From Deferribacterales bacterium (GTDB lineage: Bacteria > Chrysiogenota > Deferribacteres > Deferribacterales > Geovibrionaceae), in NCBI GenBank assembly GCA_050251875.1, contig JBFWMA010000010.1:1-27934 (forward strand): 27,934 nt of DNA, in the 5' to 3' direction. Shown here piece by piece: positions 1 through 9,250 of this stretch. Within the stretch, counting starts at the first letter, position 1. Every line of letters begins with the position of its first letter. The translations under genes and the position numbers were made by a program. The notes under the pieces were generated by a model, which saw only the letters and a program-made list of their open reading frames with translations, searched no databases and had not been told where the DNA came from.

Positions 1-522
1 ATTATTATCAATAATTGATGGAGCAAAGGAAACATTTACAGTTTTTATGAATAAATTGGCTGGAATACAGGAAATGGTAAGGCTTTCAATACAGAATCTG
101 ATGTTTCAAAGGTGCGAAACTTGAGTTTATAAGTAACTGTCTGGTTTTCAGGCATAGATATCCCCTCCCCACAGATTATATTTCTAAATAGCTAAAATCA
201 TGCCACTATTATAAAATCCAATACGGCAGTATCGATCCATCTATTGAAACAACGAATCTTGTTTTAAATATGTGCGTCAGCAGTTATTGAGATTTGCAAT
301 ATCAAAACGGTGAAAGGTTAAGGTTGAAAATTAATTATTAGTAGCAGTTATTTTTAAGATGATAAAAGTATCAATCATAATTACTATATGTTCATAAATA
401 TGCTTATGTTTAACATATCTTTTGAATAGCCCTACATAATACCCATGCGTTATTTTCAGATATGAACGTCTAAATTTTACTCAGGGAATTGATTAGCGGA
501 TAATCACATGATTAAGATTTAA

Positions 523-1554
523 TCAGTACCTGCAAGCCACTATAAGCTCACGCACATACTCCAGTTTCTTATAAACCGTGCTGCTGAGGATGAACGGATA
601 GGCGTCCGGTTTACCCACGCTCCTGTTCAGAGCGTTCATAATGACGGTCAGCTCCACCCATTTGTTCAGAACGACATTGAATTCGGTGTGTTCGATGTCC
701 ACATCCAGCATCTTAAAGGCGGTGGCGGTCTCCAGAGTGTCGTTCATGTGCATATAGTGCGCCCATGTCTCCGCCCAGTCCTCCAGCGGGTGCATGCTGG
801 CATATGCGCTGATGTGGTTCTCCTGCCAGTTCGGGTCGGGACCTTCGGCATAATATCTCTTCAGGGCGGCGTCATAATCTTCGTTATGGTCTCCGAAGAG
901 CTGTCTGAAAGACCACTCCCACTTCGTCCCCTGAATCAGCCTCATCCAGAAATAATGCCCTATCTCGTGGCGGAAATGCCCCAGAGTGGTTCTGTACCGC
1001 TCGTTCATCTCCTCTCTCACCGTCACCCGGTACTGAGGGTCAGCCTCTGCGGCGTTCACGGTTATCACGCCGTTGCTGTGTCCGGTATACACCACGTCAT
1101 TCATCAGACTGGGGTTTGATCTCCTGTCCTCCAGAAAGTCGAAACAGAGCCCTGACACAGGGTTCTGATACCGGTTCTCGAACGGCAGACGGTTCTTATA
1201 CATGTTAAAAACCATCCGTCTCTTGGCGGATTCCAGAGTGCGCCAGCGTACAAGGTTTCTGGGGATGCTCTGATCCGGTATGACTCTGGTGAGACGGCAG
1301 GAGACGCACTGTGTGCTGGGGTCCTCCTCACGGATGAGCAGGTTGCACCCCAGACTCTCCTGGCTTCTGTGCTCGCAGAATCTGTAATATCTGGTATTGT
1401 ATCCGACTGTGGCGGCTACCAGCCCGTTTTTCTTCGGCTTCAGGGTGAACATCTCGCACCCCTCGGCGTCTACCCCCACCAGTCTTCCGCATCTGACACA
1501 TATTGTATTATCAAAAAAAATCTCTGCCCCGCAGGAGCAAAAAAATCTCTTCAT
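523..1554 (-). CDS. Putative zinc-binding metallopeptidase (N-terminal zinc ribbon plus Peptidase_Mx / DUF2248-type)
   Basis: N-terminal CxC/CxxC pairs, RTTLGHFRHEIGHY (HExxH) and YASMHPLEDWAETWAHY. ATG overlaps the alpha-E stop (TGATG). Confidence 0.85.
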   Translation of the reverse strand: MKRFFCSCGAEIFFDNTICVRCGRLVGVDAEGCEMFTLKPKKNGLVAATVGYNTRYYRFCEHRSQESLGCNLLIREEDPSTQCVSCRLTRVIPDQSIPRNLVRWRTLESAKRRMVFNMYKNRLPFENRYQNPVSGLCFDFLEDRRSNPSLMNDVVYTGHSNGVITVNAAEADPQYRVTVREEMNERYRTTLGHFRHEIGHYFWMRLIQGTKWEWSFRQLFGDHNEDYDAALKRYYAEGPDPNWQENHISAYASMHPLEDWAETWAHYMHMNDTLETATAFKMLDVDIEHTEFNVVLNKWVELTVIMNALNRSVGKPDAYPFILSSTVYKKLEYVRELIVACRY

Positions 1555-2483
1555 CAGCTGATCGCCGCGTTAAACCATGTATCGTTGACAGCGGCGTCCA
1601 CGTCATACAGACATATCTGAACCTGATCCATAAGGTCGTGCATATTTTTCATGCTGGAATCCTTAGCCGAAAAACTCTCCAGCAGGTTTTTAACAGCTTT
1701 TGTCTTCACCTGAACGGGGTCGTTGTTAGGCAGTTTAGAGGCGAGATATCCCACGCTGTCCACGCAGTATTCCACCGCTCTGGGAAACTGGGTATCCTTC
1801 AGCAGAAAATCGATAACATCACTGCTCGCCACACGTCTTCTGACGGACTGTCTGTACATCTGATAAGCGTTCATGGTTTTCAGCAGGTTCATCCAGACTA
1901 TCCCTTCCGTTCCCTTCATCTTCTGCCCGGCGGACAGAATCATCGATCCGGCGTCCAGAATACGGGTGGTGGTGTCCGCTCTTTCCAGAAGCCTTCCTAT
2001 CTGGAGAAAGTTATATGTATGGTTGCGGGAAAGACCGCTAACCAGCATACCTTCCAGCCTCTGGCATCCTTTTATGATGCTTGTCAGAAAGTTATATCTT
2101 TTGCTTCTGGTGTCCAGATTATCTTTCTCTTTCTTCACCAGAAGATACAGCTCGTTCACCACCTCCCACGCCTCTGTGGGGAGGATGTCTCTGGTGGTTC
2201 TGGCATTTTCTCTGGCGAAACAGAGCGAGCCGAACAGCGAGCAGGGATTTTTTGCGTCTGATATCAGAAAAGACATCACGCTGTTCTCCGTCTTGTCCTG
2301 ATACATTTCGTTGAAAGTCTCTTCGGCGCCCATGATGGTTATCAGGTTATACCAGACTATGTCTGTACCTTTGGGCATGTCCAGCATCAGGTTGGTGTAT
2401 ACGTTCACCAGTTTCGCTATATCTTCAGCTCTTTCCATATATCTGGCGAGCCAGTAAACTCTGTTGGCTACTTTGGAGAGCAT
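1554..2483 (-). CDS. Alpha-E domain protein (DUF403)
   Basis: MLSKVANRVYWLARYMERAE start, ARENARTTRD, and the second ER motif QIGRLLERAD. Lies next to a cp-ATP-grasp gene. Confidence 0.92.
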   Translation of the reverse strand: MLSKVANRVYWLARYMERAEDIAKLVNVYTNLMLDMPKGTDIVWYNLITIMGAEETFNEMYQDKTENSVMSFLISDAKNPCSLFGSLCFARENARTTRDILPTEAWEVVNELYLLVKKEKDNLDTRSKRYNFLTSIIKGCQRLEGMLVSGLSRNHTYNFLQIGRLLERADTTTRILDAGSMILSAGQKMKGTEGIVWMNLLKTMNAYQMYRQSVRRRVASSDVIDFLLKDTQFPRAVEYCVDSVGYLASKLPNNDPVQVKTKAVKNLLESFSAKDSSMKNMHDLMDQVQICLYDVDAAVNDTWFNAAIS

Positions 2484-2484
2484 A

Positions 2485-3939
2485 TCACACCTCCTCCGGA
2501 TCGATTATCCATGTGTCTTTGCTGCCGCCGCCCTGCGAAGAGTTAACGACAAGAGAGCCGGGTTTCAGCGCCACACGGGTCAGACCGCCGGCGGTGACAT
2601 ACGAGCTCTCGCCCTGAAGAATAAACGGGCGCAGATCCACATGGCGTCCAGCCAGACTGCCGTCATCCGTCAGAGTGGGAGTGACGGACAGGCTCAGCGT
2701 GGGCTGGGCTATATAGTTTCTGGGGTTCTCTTTTATCAGCGTTTTGAACTGATCTATCTGCTCCTGCTCAGCGTGGGGACCAACCAGCATGCCGTATCCG
2801 CCGGATTCGTTAGCCGGCTTAACAACCAGCTTCTCCAGATTATTCAGCACATATTCCATCTGATCCGCCTCACGGCAGAGATACGTCTCCACATTGGGTA
2901 TCAGGGGCTTTTCACCCAGATAGAATTCTATCATCTTCGGCACATAGGCATAGACGACTTTATCATCCGCAACCCCTGTTCCGGGGGCGTTGGCTATTCC
3001 CACGTTGCCTTTTTTCCATGCTCTCATCAGCCCCGGCACGCCCAGAATGGAATCCTTGCGAAAGACCTCCGGATCGATAAAATCATCGTCTATCCTGCGG
3101 TATATCACATCCACCTGAGTCAGACCGGATATGGTCTTCATATATACTTTGTCGTCCGTATCCACGAAGAGGTCGGCGCCCTCCACCAGCTCCGCTCCCA
3201 TCTGCTGGGCGAGGAAAGCGTGCTCGAAATAGGCGGAGTTGAAAACACCGGGGGTCAGAACGACAATCTCCGGCTCTCTGTCTGTGACGGGTGAGAGCGA
3301 TGTCAGCATGTCAAACAGCTTAGCCGGGTAATCATCCACGGGGATGATATTGATATCCTTGAACAGCTCCGGAAAAACCCGCTTGGTTATCTTGCGGTTT
3401 TCCAGCATGTATGAAACGCCGGAGGGCACACGGAGGTTATCCTCCAGCACATAGAGTGTTCCGTCTCCGTCACGAACTATGTCGCTGCCGCATATGTTTG
3501 CCCATGCGCCGTGGGCGGGGGTTATCCCTATACATTCCCGGCGGAAATTTCTGGATGTGGTTATCACGTCCTCCGGAACAATTCCCGCTTTTAAAATTTC
3601 CTGAGAGTTATAAAGGTCGTTTATGAACATATTCAGGGCTTTCAGCCTCTGTTTCAGCCCCTCTTCCGCCTTTGCCCATTCACGCCCGCAGATCACTCTG
3701 GGGATTATATCGAACGGCCACGCACGGTCGATATTGGCGCCGTCGCTGTAAACCGTGAAGGTTATCCCCAGCTCTACAATCGCCGCTTCGGCTCTGGCTT
3801 TTTTGTCATAAACATCGGACGAGGAAAGATTCTTTAAATGGTTGAAGACATCGCGACTGGCCTCTCTGGGAACGCCCTTCTTTTCGAAAAGCTCGTCGTA
3901 AAATCTCCCTGGGTCATATTCATTCCAATTAATCGGCAT
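2485..3939 (-). CDS. Circularly permuted type 2 ATP-grasp protein (DUF404-type amidoligase)
   Basis: LEDNLRVPSGVSYMLENR, IYRRIDDDF, NAPGTGVADDK, HVDLRPF, VVNSSQGGGSKDTW. Start moved to ATG 3939, which follows a GGAGG SD. Confidence 0.95.
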   Translation of the reverse strand: MPINWNEYDPGRFYDELFEKKGVPREASRDVFNHLKNLSSSDVYDKKARAEAAIVELGITFTVYSDGANIDRAWPFDIIPRVICGREWAKAEEGLKQRLKALNMFINDLYNSQEILKAGIVPEDVITTSRNFRRECIGITPAHGAWANICGSDIVRDGDGTLYVLEDNLRVPSGVSYMLENRKITKRVFPELFKDINIIPVDDYPAKLFDMLTSLSPVTDREPEIVVLTPGVFNSAYFEHAFLAQQMGAELVEGADLFVDTDDKVYMKTISGLTQVDVIYRRIDDDFIDPEVFRKDSILGVPGLMRAWKKGNVGIANAPGTGVADDKVVYAYVPKMIEFYLGEKPLIPNVETYLCREADQMEYVLNNLEKLVVKPANESGGYGMLVGPHAEQEQIDQFKTLIKENPRNYIAQPTLSLSVTPTLTDDGSLAGRHVDLRPFILQGESSYVTAGGLTRVALKPGSLVVNSSQGGGSKDTWIIDPEEV

Positions 3940-3969
3940 AGCTACCTCCATAAATGAACGCAACGGATT

Positions 3970-3998
3970 ATTTTAATCATCTTATAATTTTATGTCAA
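3970..3998 (-). promoter_or_regulatory. Sigma70-type promoter of the ATP-grasp operon
   Basis: TTGACA (3998-3993), 17-nt spacer, TAAAAT (3975-3970) on the minus strand, about 30 nt upstream of the start. Confidence 0.7.
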
Positions 3999-4031
3999 TT
4001 GGTGTAATATATTATTCTATAAACAAACATC

Positions 4032-4059
4032 TTGAGATACTCATACAATCTGCTAAGTT
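4032..4059 (+). promoter_or_regulatory. Possible sigma70 promoter of the methyltransferase-RluA pair
   Basis: TTGAGA, 16-nt spacer ending in TGc, then TAAGTT (extended -10-like). Confidence 0.35.
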
Positions 4060-4076
4060 TATCAGGTGGAGGAACT

Positions 4077-4934
4077 ATGTCATCGCAAAAACAATCATAC
4101 CGCCTTCTGGACAGCGGACAGGGACGCAAGCTGGAACAGGTGGGACAATATACAGTGGACAGACCCTGCGGACAGGCTGTCTGGGAAAAGACTCTGCCCG
4201 CTGAAAAATGGCACGACACCCACGCCGTTTTTTCCAGAGAGGGCGGCAACAGCTGGTCTTACAGAAAGAATATGCCTAATGAGTGGATCATAGAGATAGA
4301 CGGGATAAAATTCCACATCAGCCCCACGGATTTCGGGCATCTGGGAGTTTTTCCGGAACACAGGTTCTCCTGGCAGTACATCACCGACAGGATAGAGGCG
4401 TCCGGCAGACCGCTGAAGGTGCTGAACCTCTTCTCCTACTCCGGAGCGGCAAGCATAGCCGCCGCCAAAGCCGGAGCGGACGTGACCCATGTGGACGCAT
4501 CACAGAAGATAAACGATCTCGCCAAGCGCAACGCCGATCTGAACGGCATCCCCGGCGGAAAGATACGTTGGATAACCGATGACGTTATAAAATATCTGAA
4601 GCGTGAGGACAAACGTGGATCAAAATATGACGGCGTGATCCTCGACCCGCCCAGCTTCGGCAGAGGTTCGAAGGGCGAGGTGTTTAAGATAGATACCCAC
4701 CTGCCGGAAATACTGAAACTCATCAGAAATATTCTCAGTCAGAAGCCGGCGTTCATAGTGCTGACATGCCACACACCCGGATATACCCCCATGACGCTGA
4801 AAAATCTGCTGTATCAGATGATGAAGGATTTCAACGGCGCCTCAGAGGCGTGTGAACTGACTCTGGACAAAGGCGAAACGGAGATACCCGTGCCAGCCGG
4901 ATTCTTCGCCGCGTGGAAACAGACGGAAAAATGA
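4077..4934 (+). CDS. Class I SAM-dependent methyltransferase (RlmI/RlmK-like rRNA MTase family)
   Basis: YRLLDSGQGRKLEQ, FGHLGVFPEH, VLNLFSYSGAAS, VILDPPSF. ATG 4077 follows GGAGG. Confidence 0.85.
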   Translation: MSSQKQSYRLLDSGQGRKLEQVGQYTVDRPCGQAVWEKTLPAEKWHDTHAVFSREGGNSWSYRKNMPNEWIIEIDGIKFHISPTDFGHLGVFPEHRFSWQYITDRIEASGRPLKVLNLFSYSGAASIAAAKAGADVTHVDASQKINDLAKRNADLNGIPGGKIRWITDDVIKYLKREDKRGSKYDGVILDPPSFGRGSKGEVFKIDTHLPEILKLIRNILSQKPAFIVLTCHTPGYTPMTLKNLLYQMMKDFNGASEACELTLDKGETEIPVPAGFFAAWKQTEK

Positions 4935-5593
4935 AAATAATCTTCTCCGATAACCACGTTCTGATCATCAGCAAGCCTTCCGGGCTAGCTACCCAGCCGT
5001 CCGAACACCACACGGACAGTCTGGAGGACAGAGCGAAACAATGGCTGAAGGAGAATTTCGACAAAAAGGGCAACGTTTTTCTGCACGCTCTGCACAGGCT
5101 GGACACACCCGTCAGCGGAGCCGTGCTGTTCGCCAGAACAGATAAGGCGCTCTCTAGACTCAATCAGTCAATGAGAGATAAACAGCATAAAAAGATATAT
5201 CTTGCCGTGGTGGAGGGGAAACCCGCCGCAAAGGAAGCCGTGCTGAGACATCACCACAGCCACCACCGATTCACGGCGAAAGTCACCGACAAACCCCACG
5301 AAGGTTCGAAAGAGGCTGTTCTTCGCTACAGACTGCTGGATTATAAAAACGGGCTCTCTCTTCTGGAGGTTGAGCTGGAAACAGGGCGCTATCACCAGAT
5401 CAGGGCGCAACTTTCGGCTGTCGGTCTGCCCATTGCGGGGGACGGCAAATACGGAAGTAAAAAGACGCTTGAGAACGGGGCGATCGCCCTGCATCACCAC
5501 AGGCTTACGTTCATCCACCCCATATCGAAAGAACCGATGGAAGTGACGGATACCCCGCCAAAATATTACCCATGGACGGAGTTTTCATACTGA
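4931..5593 (+). CDS. RluA-family pseudouridine synthase
   Basis: ISKPSGL, catalytic HRLDTPVSG, TGRYHQIRAQL, PIAGDGKYG, LHH. ATGA overlap with the upstream stop. Confidence 0.93.
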   Translation: MKIIFSDNHVLIISKPSGLATQPSEHHTDSLEDRAKQWLKENFDKKGNVFLHALHRLDTPVSGAVLFARTDKALSRLNQSMRDKQHKKIYLAVVEGKPAAKEAVLRHHHSHHRFTAKVTDKPHEGSKEAVLRYRLLDYKNGLSLLEVELETGRYHQIRAQLSAVGLPIAGDGKYGSKKTLENGAIALHHHRLTFIHPISKEPMEVTDTPPKYYPWTEFSY

Positions 5594-6289
5594 CAGTGTT
5601 CTGATGCCCGCACGGACAGCCTGATAGTCCGGAATATATTTTTTGACTTCATCCCAGAAATTTTTTGAGTGATTATGATGTTTCAGATGGCACAGCTCGT
5701 GGACTATAACATATTCTATCGCCCGCTCGGACAGCTTCATCAGATAGATACTCAGAGATATGTTCCCCCTGCCGGAACAGCTCCCCCAGCGGCTTCTGGT
5801 TTTTCTGTATGTCACCTTCACGGGTTTGAGCCCGGTGATGCCGACCCATTTTTCCATCATCTGAGGCACAGTCTTTTTAACTCCGTCACGGTAAAACTTA
5901 TCCAGATAATCCGTCAGCTTATCATCTGTCATCGCCAGTGGATTAAACTCCAGAAGAGCAGACTCGCCTTCAAAAGACAGCCTTATCCTGCCCACAGGCA
6001 TTTTTTGATTAAAAATTCTTTCGGTTTTATATTTTTTCCCCAGATATGTGATGTATTCCAGCGGATTTCCATCCGGAACTGACTGTTTTTCGCTCTGTTT
6101 CGACAAAATCCACTGAGATTTCTGAGATATTATGCGCTCAGCGTCTTCGCTCCGCAGAGGAGCGGAACGCAGAACAACCGAGCCGTCACGGTTTATGCGG
6201 ATATATATTCTTTTCAGCCCTTTTTTGACAGAATGAGTGAAATTTATCACGCCGAACGGTGTATCGGCGGACAGTATATTATCTGACAC
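5585..6289 (-). CDS. M48-like / DUF45 (YgjP-type) zinc metalloprotease
   Basis: SRWGSCS, YVIVHELCHLKHHNHSKNFW. GTG start after GAGG. Confidence 0.9.
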   Translation of the reverse strand: MSDNILSADTPFGVINFTHSVKKGLKRIYIRINRDGSVVLRSAPLRSEDAERIISQKSQWILSKQSEKQSVPDGNPLEYITYLGKKYKTERIFNQKMPVGRIRLSFEGESALLEFNPLAMTDDKLTDYLDKFYRDGVKKTVPQMMEKWVGITGLKPVKVTYRKTRSRWGSCSGRGNISLSIYLMKLSERAIEYVIVHELCHLKHHNHSKNFWDEVKKYIPDYQAVRAGIRTLSV

Positions 6290-6307
6290 TTTTCCTCAAT
6301 TTCTTTC

Positions 6308-6367
6308 GTAGGGCGGGGTTTCATCACCCCGCCATAAAACACGGCGGCATATAAAATGCCTCCCTAC
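6308..6367. repeat. Inverted doublet of GTAG-type REP palindromes (REPIN-like)
   Basis: GTAGGGCGGGGTTTCATCACCCCGCC on the plus strand and GTAGGGAGGCATTTTATATGCCGCCG on the minus strand. Related to the copies at 8165-8504. Confidence 0.75.
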
Positions 6368-6369
6368 AT

Positions 6370-6828
6370 TTACTGATTTATCGTTTTTATGAATAATTCG
6401 CAGGTTTCTTTAACAGAAGCCGACATTTCAGCGCCGAAATCAACGTTCTCCGGCTGAATCCCGCAGATCACCACGTCCGCTCCGGTCTCCTCACGGATGA
6501 GCCTGCTGATGAGAGGCAGAGGCATTTTGTGGGTTGTCATGGCTTTCACGGAGATGGTGTCCTCGTATAATATCTCTATGCTTCCGGCGGGCAGTCCCAT
6601 ATCGGCGGCGTCCACGAACACCACCTTGGCGGGTTTCAGAGCCAGCGCTTCGTCATACGCCTCTTCCGGTTTTTCCCCGGCGGCGAGCGTTTTTACTCTG
6701 TCCGTTGCCGTGATACCTTCCGCTATCATCATTCCGGCGCAGTCATCGCCACGCATGCTGTTTCCTATGCCCACATACAGTGTCACGCCCTCTTTTAACG
6801 GCAGTATCTCGCTGATATTATCTGACAA
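6370..6828 (-). CDS. Hydrogenase maturation endopeptidase (HycI-like)
   Basis: VGIGNSMRGDDCAG, FVDAADMG, TTHKMPL, GIQPE. Probable TTG start at 6828 after GGAGG. Directly follows the large subunit. Confidence 0.9.
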   Translation of the reverse strand: MSDNISEILPLKEGVTLYVGIGNSMRGDDCAGMMIAEGITATDRVKTLAAGEKPEEAYDEALALKPAKVVFVDAADMGLPAGSIEILYEDTISVKAMTTHKMPLPLISRLIREETGADVVICGIQPENVDFGAEMSASVKETCELFIKTINQ

Positions 6829-8137
6829 TTTCGACCTCCAGAACATGAGTGGAGCAGGAGATGCACGGGTCATAAGCCCGAACCATCATCTCGAATAAAA
6901 GTGTCGCTTCCTCATTTGTTTTTTCACATACCTGTCCAGCCAGTTTTCTCATGTCCAGCTCTATGTTCGCCAGATTCTGCCCTGTGGGAATTACGCAGTC
7001 TGCGCTTAGCACCCTGCCGTTTTCATCCACGCTGTAGCAGTGGAACAGCAGTCCTCTGGGTACTTCCACAGCGCCCACTCCGGTTCCGGCTTTCACGGGG
7101 ATCACGTCATTCTCGTTGAGCCCCACCAGAACGGCTTCCGATCTGTCGATGCCCTTCTCCAGCAGGATGTCTATCAGGCGTATGCCGTCAGCGCAGAAAT
7201 GAGCGCACTCCACGATCTGCGCCGCAGTGTTCATATAGGCATTTTTACATACCGGTTTCAGTCCCAGCTCGCCGGCGGCGTCCTTCGCCTCCGGACTCAG
7301 CCTGTCATAGTTTATGTTGAATCTAGCCAGCGCCCCCACCATATAGGCGTCACGGGACAGTTTGGCGTGTTTGGCGGTGGAGTGATCCACCAGATATTCG
7401 TTTGTGATGTTTTTATATTCTTCCTTGCTCTTCAGCACACCGTCCGTGGACGCCACCAGACCGCTGAGCATGGCGTATTCAGTGTCGTTTTTCAGCGCCA
7501 CATATTCGGTATCACGTTCGAAATCGGGAAATTTAAACGTTTTCGCCAGCTCTATAGTCGGCGCTATCTCTTTCTGAATATTCACAAAGATCTCACGCAT
7601 AGCCAGCAGGTCGGCTTCCGAGGGGATTTTGGTGAACCCGCCAACTGTGGATGATATCGGGTGAACGTGTCTGCCCACCAATATGGTACAGGCATCGTTA
7701 CAGCTCTTTTTCATGCGGAGCGCCCTTCTCACTGTTTCGCCGTCTGTCTGGGCGAGGGCTATGGCGCTCTTTTTTCCCAGCATATCCGGAGCCGCCAGCA
7801 TATAGATGTGCAGGATATGGCTGTCCAGATTCTCCAGATGGAGCAGTATCTTGCGCAGGATAGTCGTCTGTTCGGACGGGGTGAAGCCGATAGCTGATTC
7901 CGCCGCCTGTATGCTCGCCAGAGTATGCCCGCATGAGCATATTCCGCAGATTCGGCTGGTGATATGCTGAAGCTCGAAAATGCTCCTGTCCCGCACCATG
8001 CTCTCAAAAAAGCGGGGAGCTTCCACAATATTCAGAACGCACTTATTCAGCACGCCCTCTTTCATGTCGACTATTATGTGTCCGTGTCCTTCCACACGGG
8101 TCAGAAATTCAACATTCACATTTAAATTCTTAGACAT
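6818..8137 (-). CDS. Group 3b [NiFe]-hydrogenase large (alpha) subunit
   Basis: TRVEGHG, L1 motif RICGICSCGH, L2 motif RAYDPCISCSTH with a cleavable tail VLEVEIVR, VEVPRG. Confidence 0.95.
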   Translation of the reverse strand: MSKNLNVNVEFLTRVEGHGHIIVDMKEGVLNKCVLNIVEAPRFFESMVRDRSIFELQHITSRICGICSCGHTLASIQAAESAIGFTPSEQTTILRKILLHLENLDSHILHIYMLAAPDMLGKKSAIALAQTDGETVRRALRMKKSCNDACTILVGRHVHPISSTVGGFTKIPSEADLLAMREIFVNIQKEIAPTIELAKTFKFPDFERDTEYVALKNDTEYAMLSGLVASTDGVLKSKEEYKNITNEYLVDHSTAKHAKLSRDAYMVGALARFNINYDRLSPEAKDAAGELGLKPVCKNAYMNTAAQIVECAHFCADGIRLIDILLEKGIDRSEAVLVGLNENDVIPVKAGTGVGAVEVPRGLLFHCYSVDENGRVLSADCVIPTGQNLANIELDMRKLAGQVCEKTNEEATLLFEMMVRAYDPCISCSTHVLEVEIVR

Positions 8138-8156
8138 TTTTACCTTTCTTTAGTTA

Positions 8157-8504
8157 TTTAAGTGTCTCGGCGGGGTATAAAACCCCGCCCTACTATCGGC
8201 GGGTGTTTCTACACCGAGCTAGCTGAAAAACCCCGCCCTACTATCTAATGTAATACTGTTTTTTAAGTGTCATTGCGAACCCTTTACGGGTGAAGCAATC
8301 TCACACTATGAGATCGCCACGTCGCTAAAGCTCCTCGCGATGACAAAAAGCCGAACGTCATTGCGAACCCTTTACGGATGAAGCAATCTCACGCTAGGAG
8401 ATCGCCGCGTTGCTAAAGCTCCTCGCGATGACAAAAAGCCGAACGTCATTGCGAGCGTAGCGTCGCAATCTCGGCGGGGTATAAAACCCCGCCCTACTAT
8501 CGGC
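8157..8504. repeat. Mosaic of GTAG-type and CGTC-type REP-like palindromes inside the hydrogenase operon
   Basis: Identical 36-mer TCTCGGCGGGGTATAAAACCCCGCCCTACTATCGGC at 8165-8200 and 8469-8504, with a variant at about 8198-8241. GTCATTGCG...GCAATC...GATCGC...CTCGCGATGAC units start at 8269, 8357 and 8445 (88-bp period; the last is a half unit). Confidence 0.9.
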
Positions 8505-8509
8505 AAGTT

Positions 8510-9250
8510 TTATTCTTCCTTATGCCCGGCTGCGTTGTACATATCTATGGATTTCAGTATCAGGTCGGGTTCGAGGTCGTATTTTTTCATAACGTCTCTC
8601 GCCCCGTTCATGTTCGGGTTGCTCAGCAGACCTCTGCATCCATAGCATTTGTTGCCATTGTTCGGACACCAGCTCCCGCATCCTGCACGGGTCACTGGAC
8701 CCATACAGTTGATTCCCTGTTCGTACAGGCACTCGTTCTCGTTGAACCTGCACTCCACGCATACCGCATGGTCGGGGATAACATATTCCAGCCCTGCCAG
8801 AGCGCTTTTCAGCACTTTCAGGAACTCCGGCGGATATATCGGACAGCCCGGCACTATATAATCGACATCTATCACGTCTCCCACAGCCATTGTCGGCAGA
8901 GTGGGAAAATCTTTGAACCGGTCGCCGTATACGTCTCTGCCCGCCTGTTCCATGGGTTTTGTGTTTTTTATTCCGTTTATGCCGCCGTTCACGGCGCAAG
9001 CGCCGTATGCCATGACGGTCTTTGATCTCTTTCTGATCTCTTTCACCCGGTGGACGGCCTCTTCGTTGGTGACACTGCCCTCTATTATGGCGAGGTCGTA
9101 TTCACCCTCCCATTTCTCGCTCATCACCTCTCTGAACTCCACCAGCTCGATATGCCCCAGCAGGTCGAGGAGCTCCTCTCCCAGATTAGCCACCTGAAGC
9201 TGGCATCCCTCACAGCACGCCAGGTCGAAGAACGCTACTCTCGGTCTCAT
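8510..9250 (-). CDS. Group 3b hydrogenase small (delta) subunit
   Basis: FDLACCEGCQ, IEGSV, YGACAVNGG, VPGCP, CMGPVTRAGC...CYGCRG. Confidence 0.93.
   Translation of the reverse strand: MRPRVAFFDLACCEGCQLQVANLGEELLDLLGHIELVEFREVMSEKWEGEYDLAIIEGSVTNEEAVHRVKEIRKRSKTVMAYGACAVNGGINGIKNTKPMEQAGRDVYGDRFKDFPTLPTMAVGDVIDVDYIVPGCPIYPPEFLKVLKSALAGLEYVIPDHAVCVECRFNENECLYEQGINCMGPVTRAGCGSWCPNNGNKCYGCRGLLSNPNMNGARDVMKKYDLEPDLILKSIDMYNAAGHKEE

Noticed and set aside
2..123. Open plus-strand frame at the window start (LLSIIDGAKETF...RCET*)
   Set aside because: Too short and motif-free to call. It could be the end of an upstream gene but cannot be supported from this window.
6276..6827. Same 13-mer ATATTATCTGACA at the starts of the DUF45 and maturation-protease genes (both begin SDNI)
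   Set aside because: The match is too short and has no flanking similarity, so it was treated as coincidence.
8269..8472. 88-bp periodic repeats as a CRISPR array
   Set aside because: The units are near-identical over their whole length with no unique spacers, match REP-type palindromes and have no cas genes nearby.
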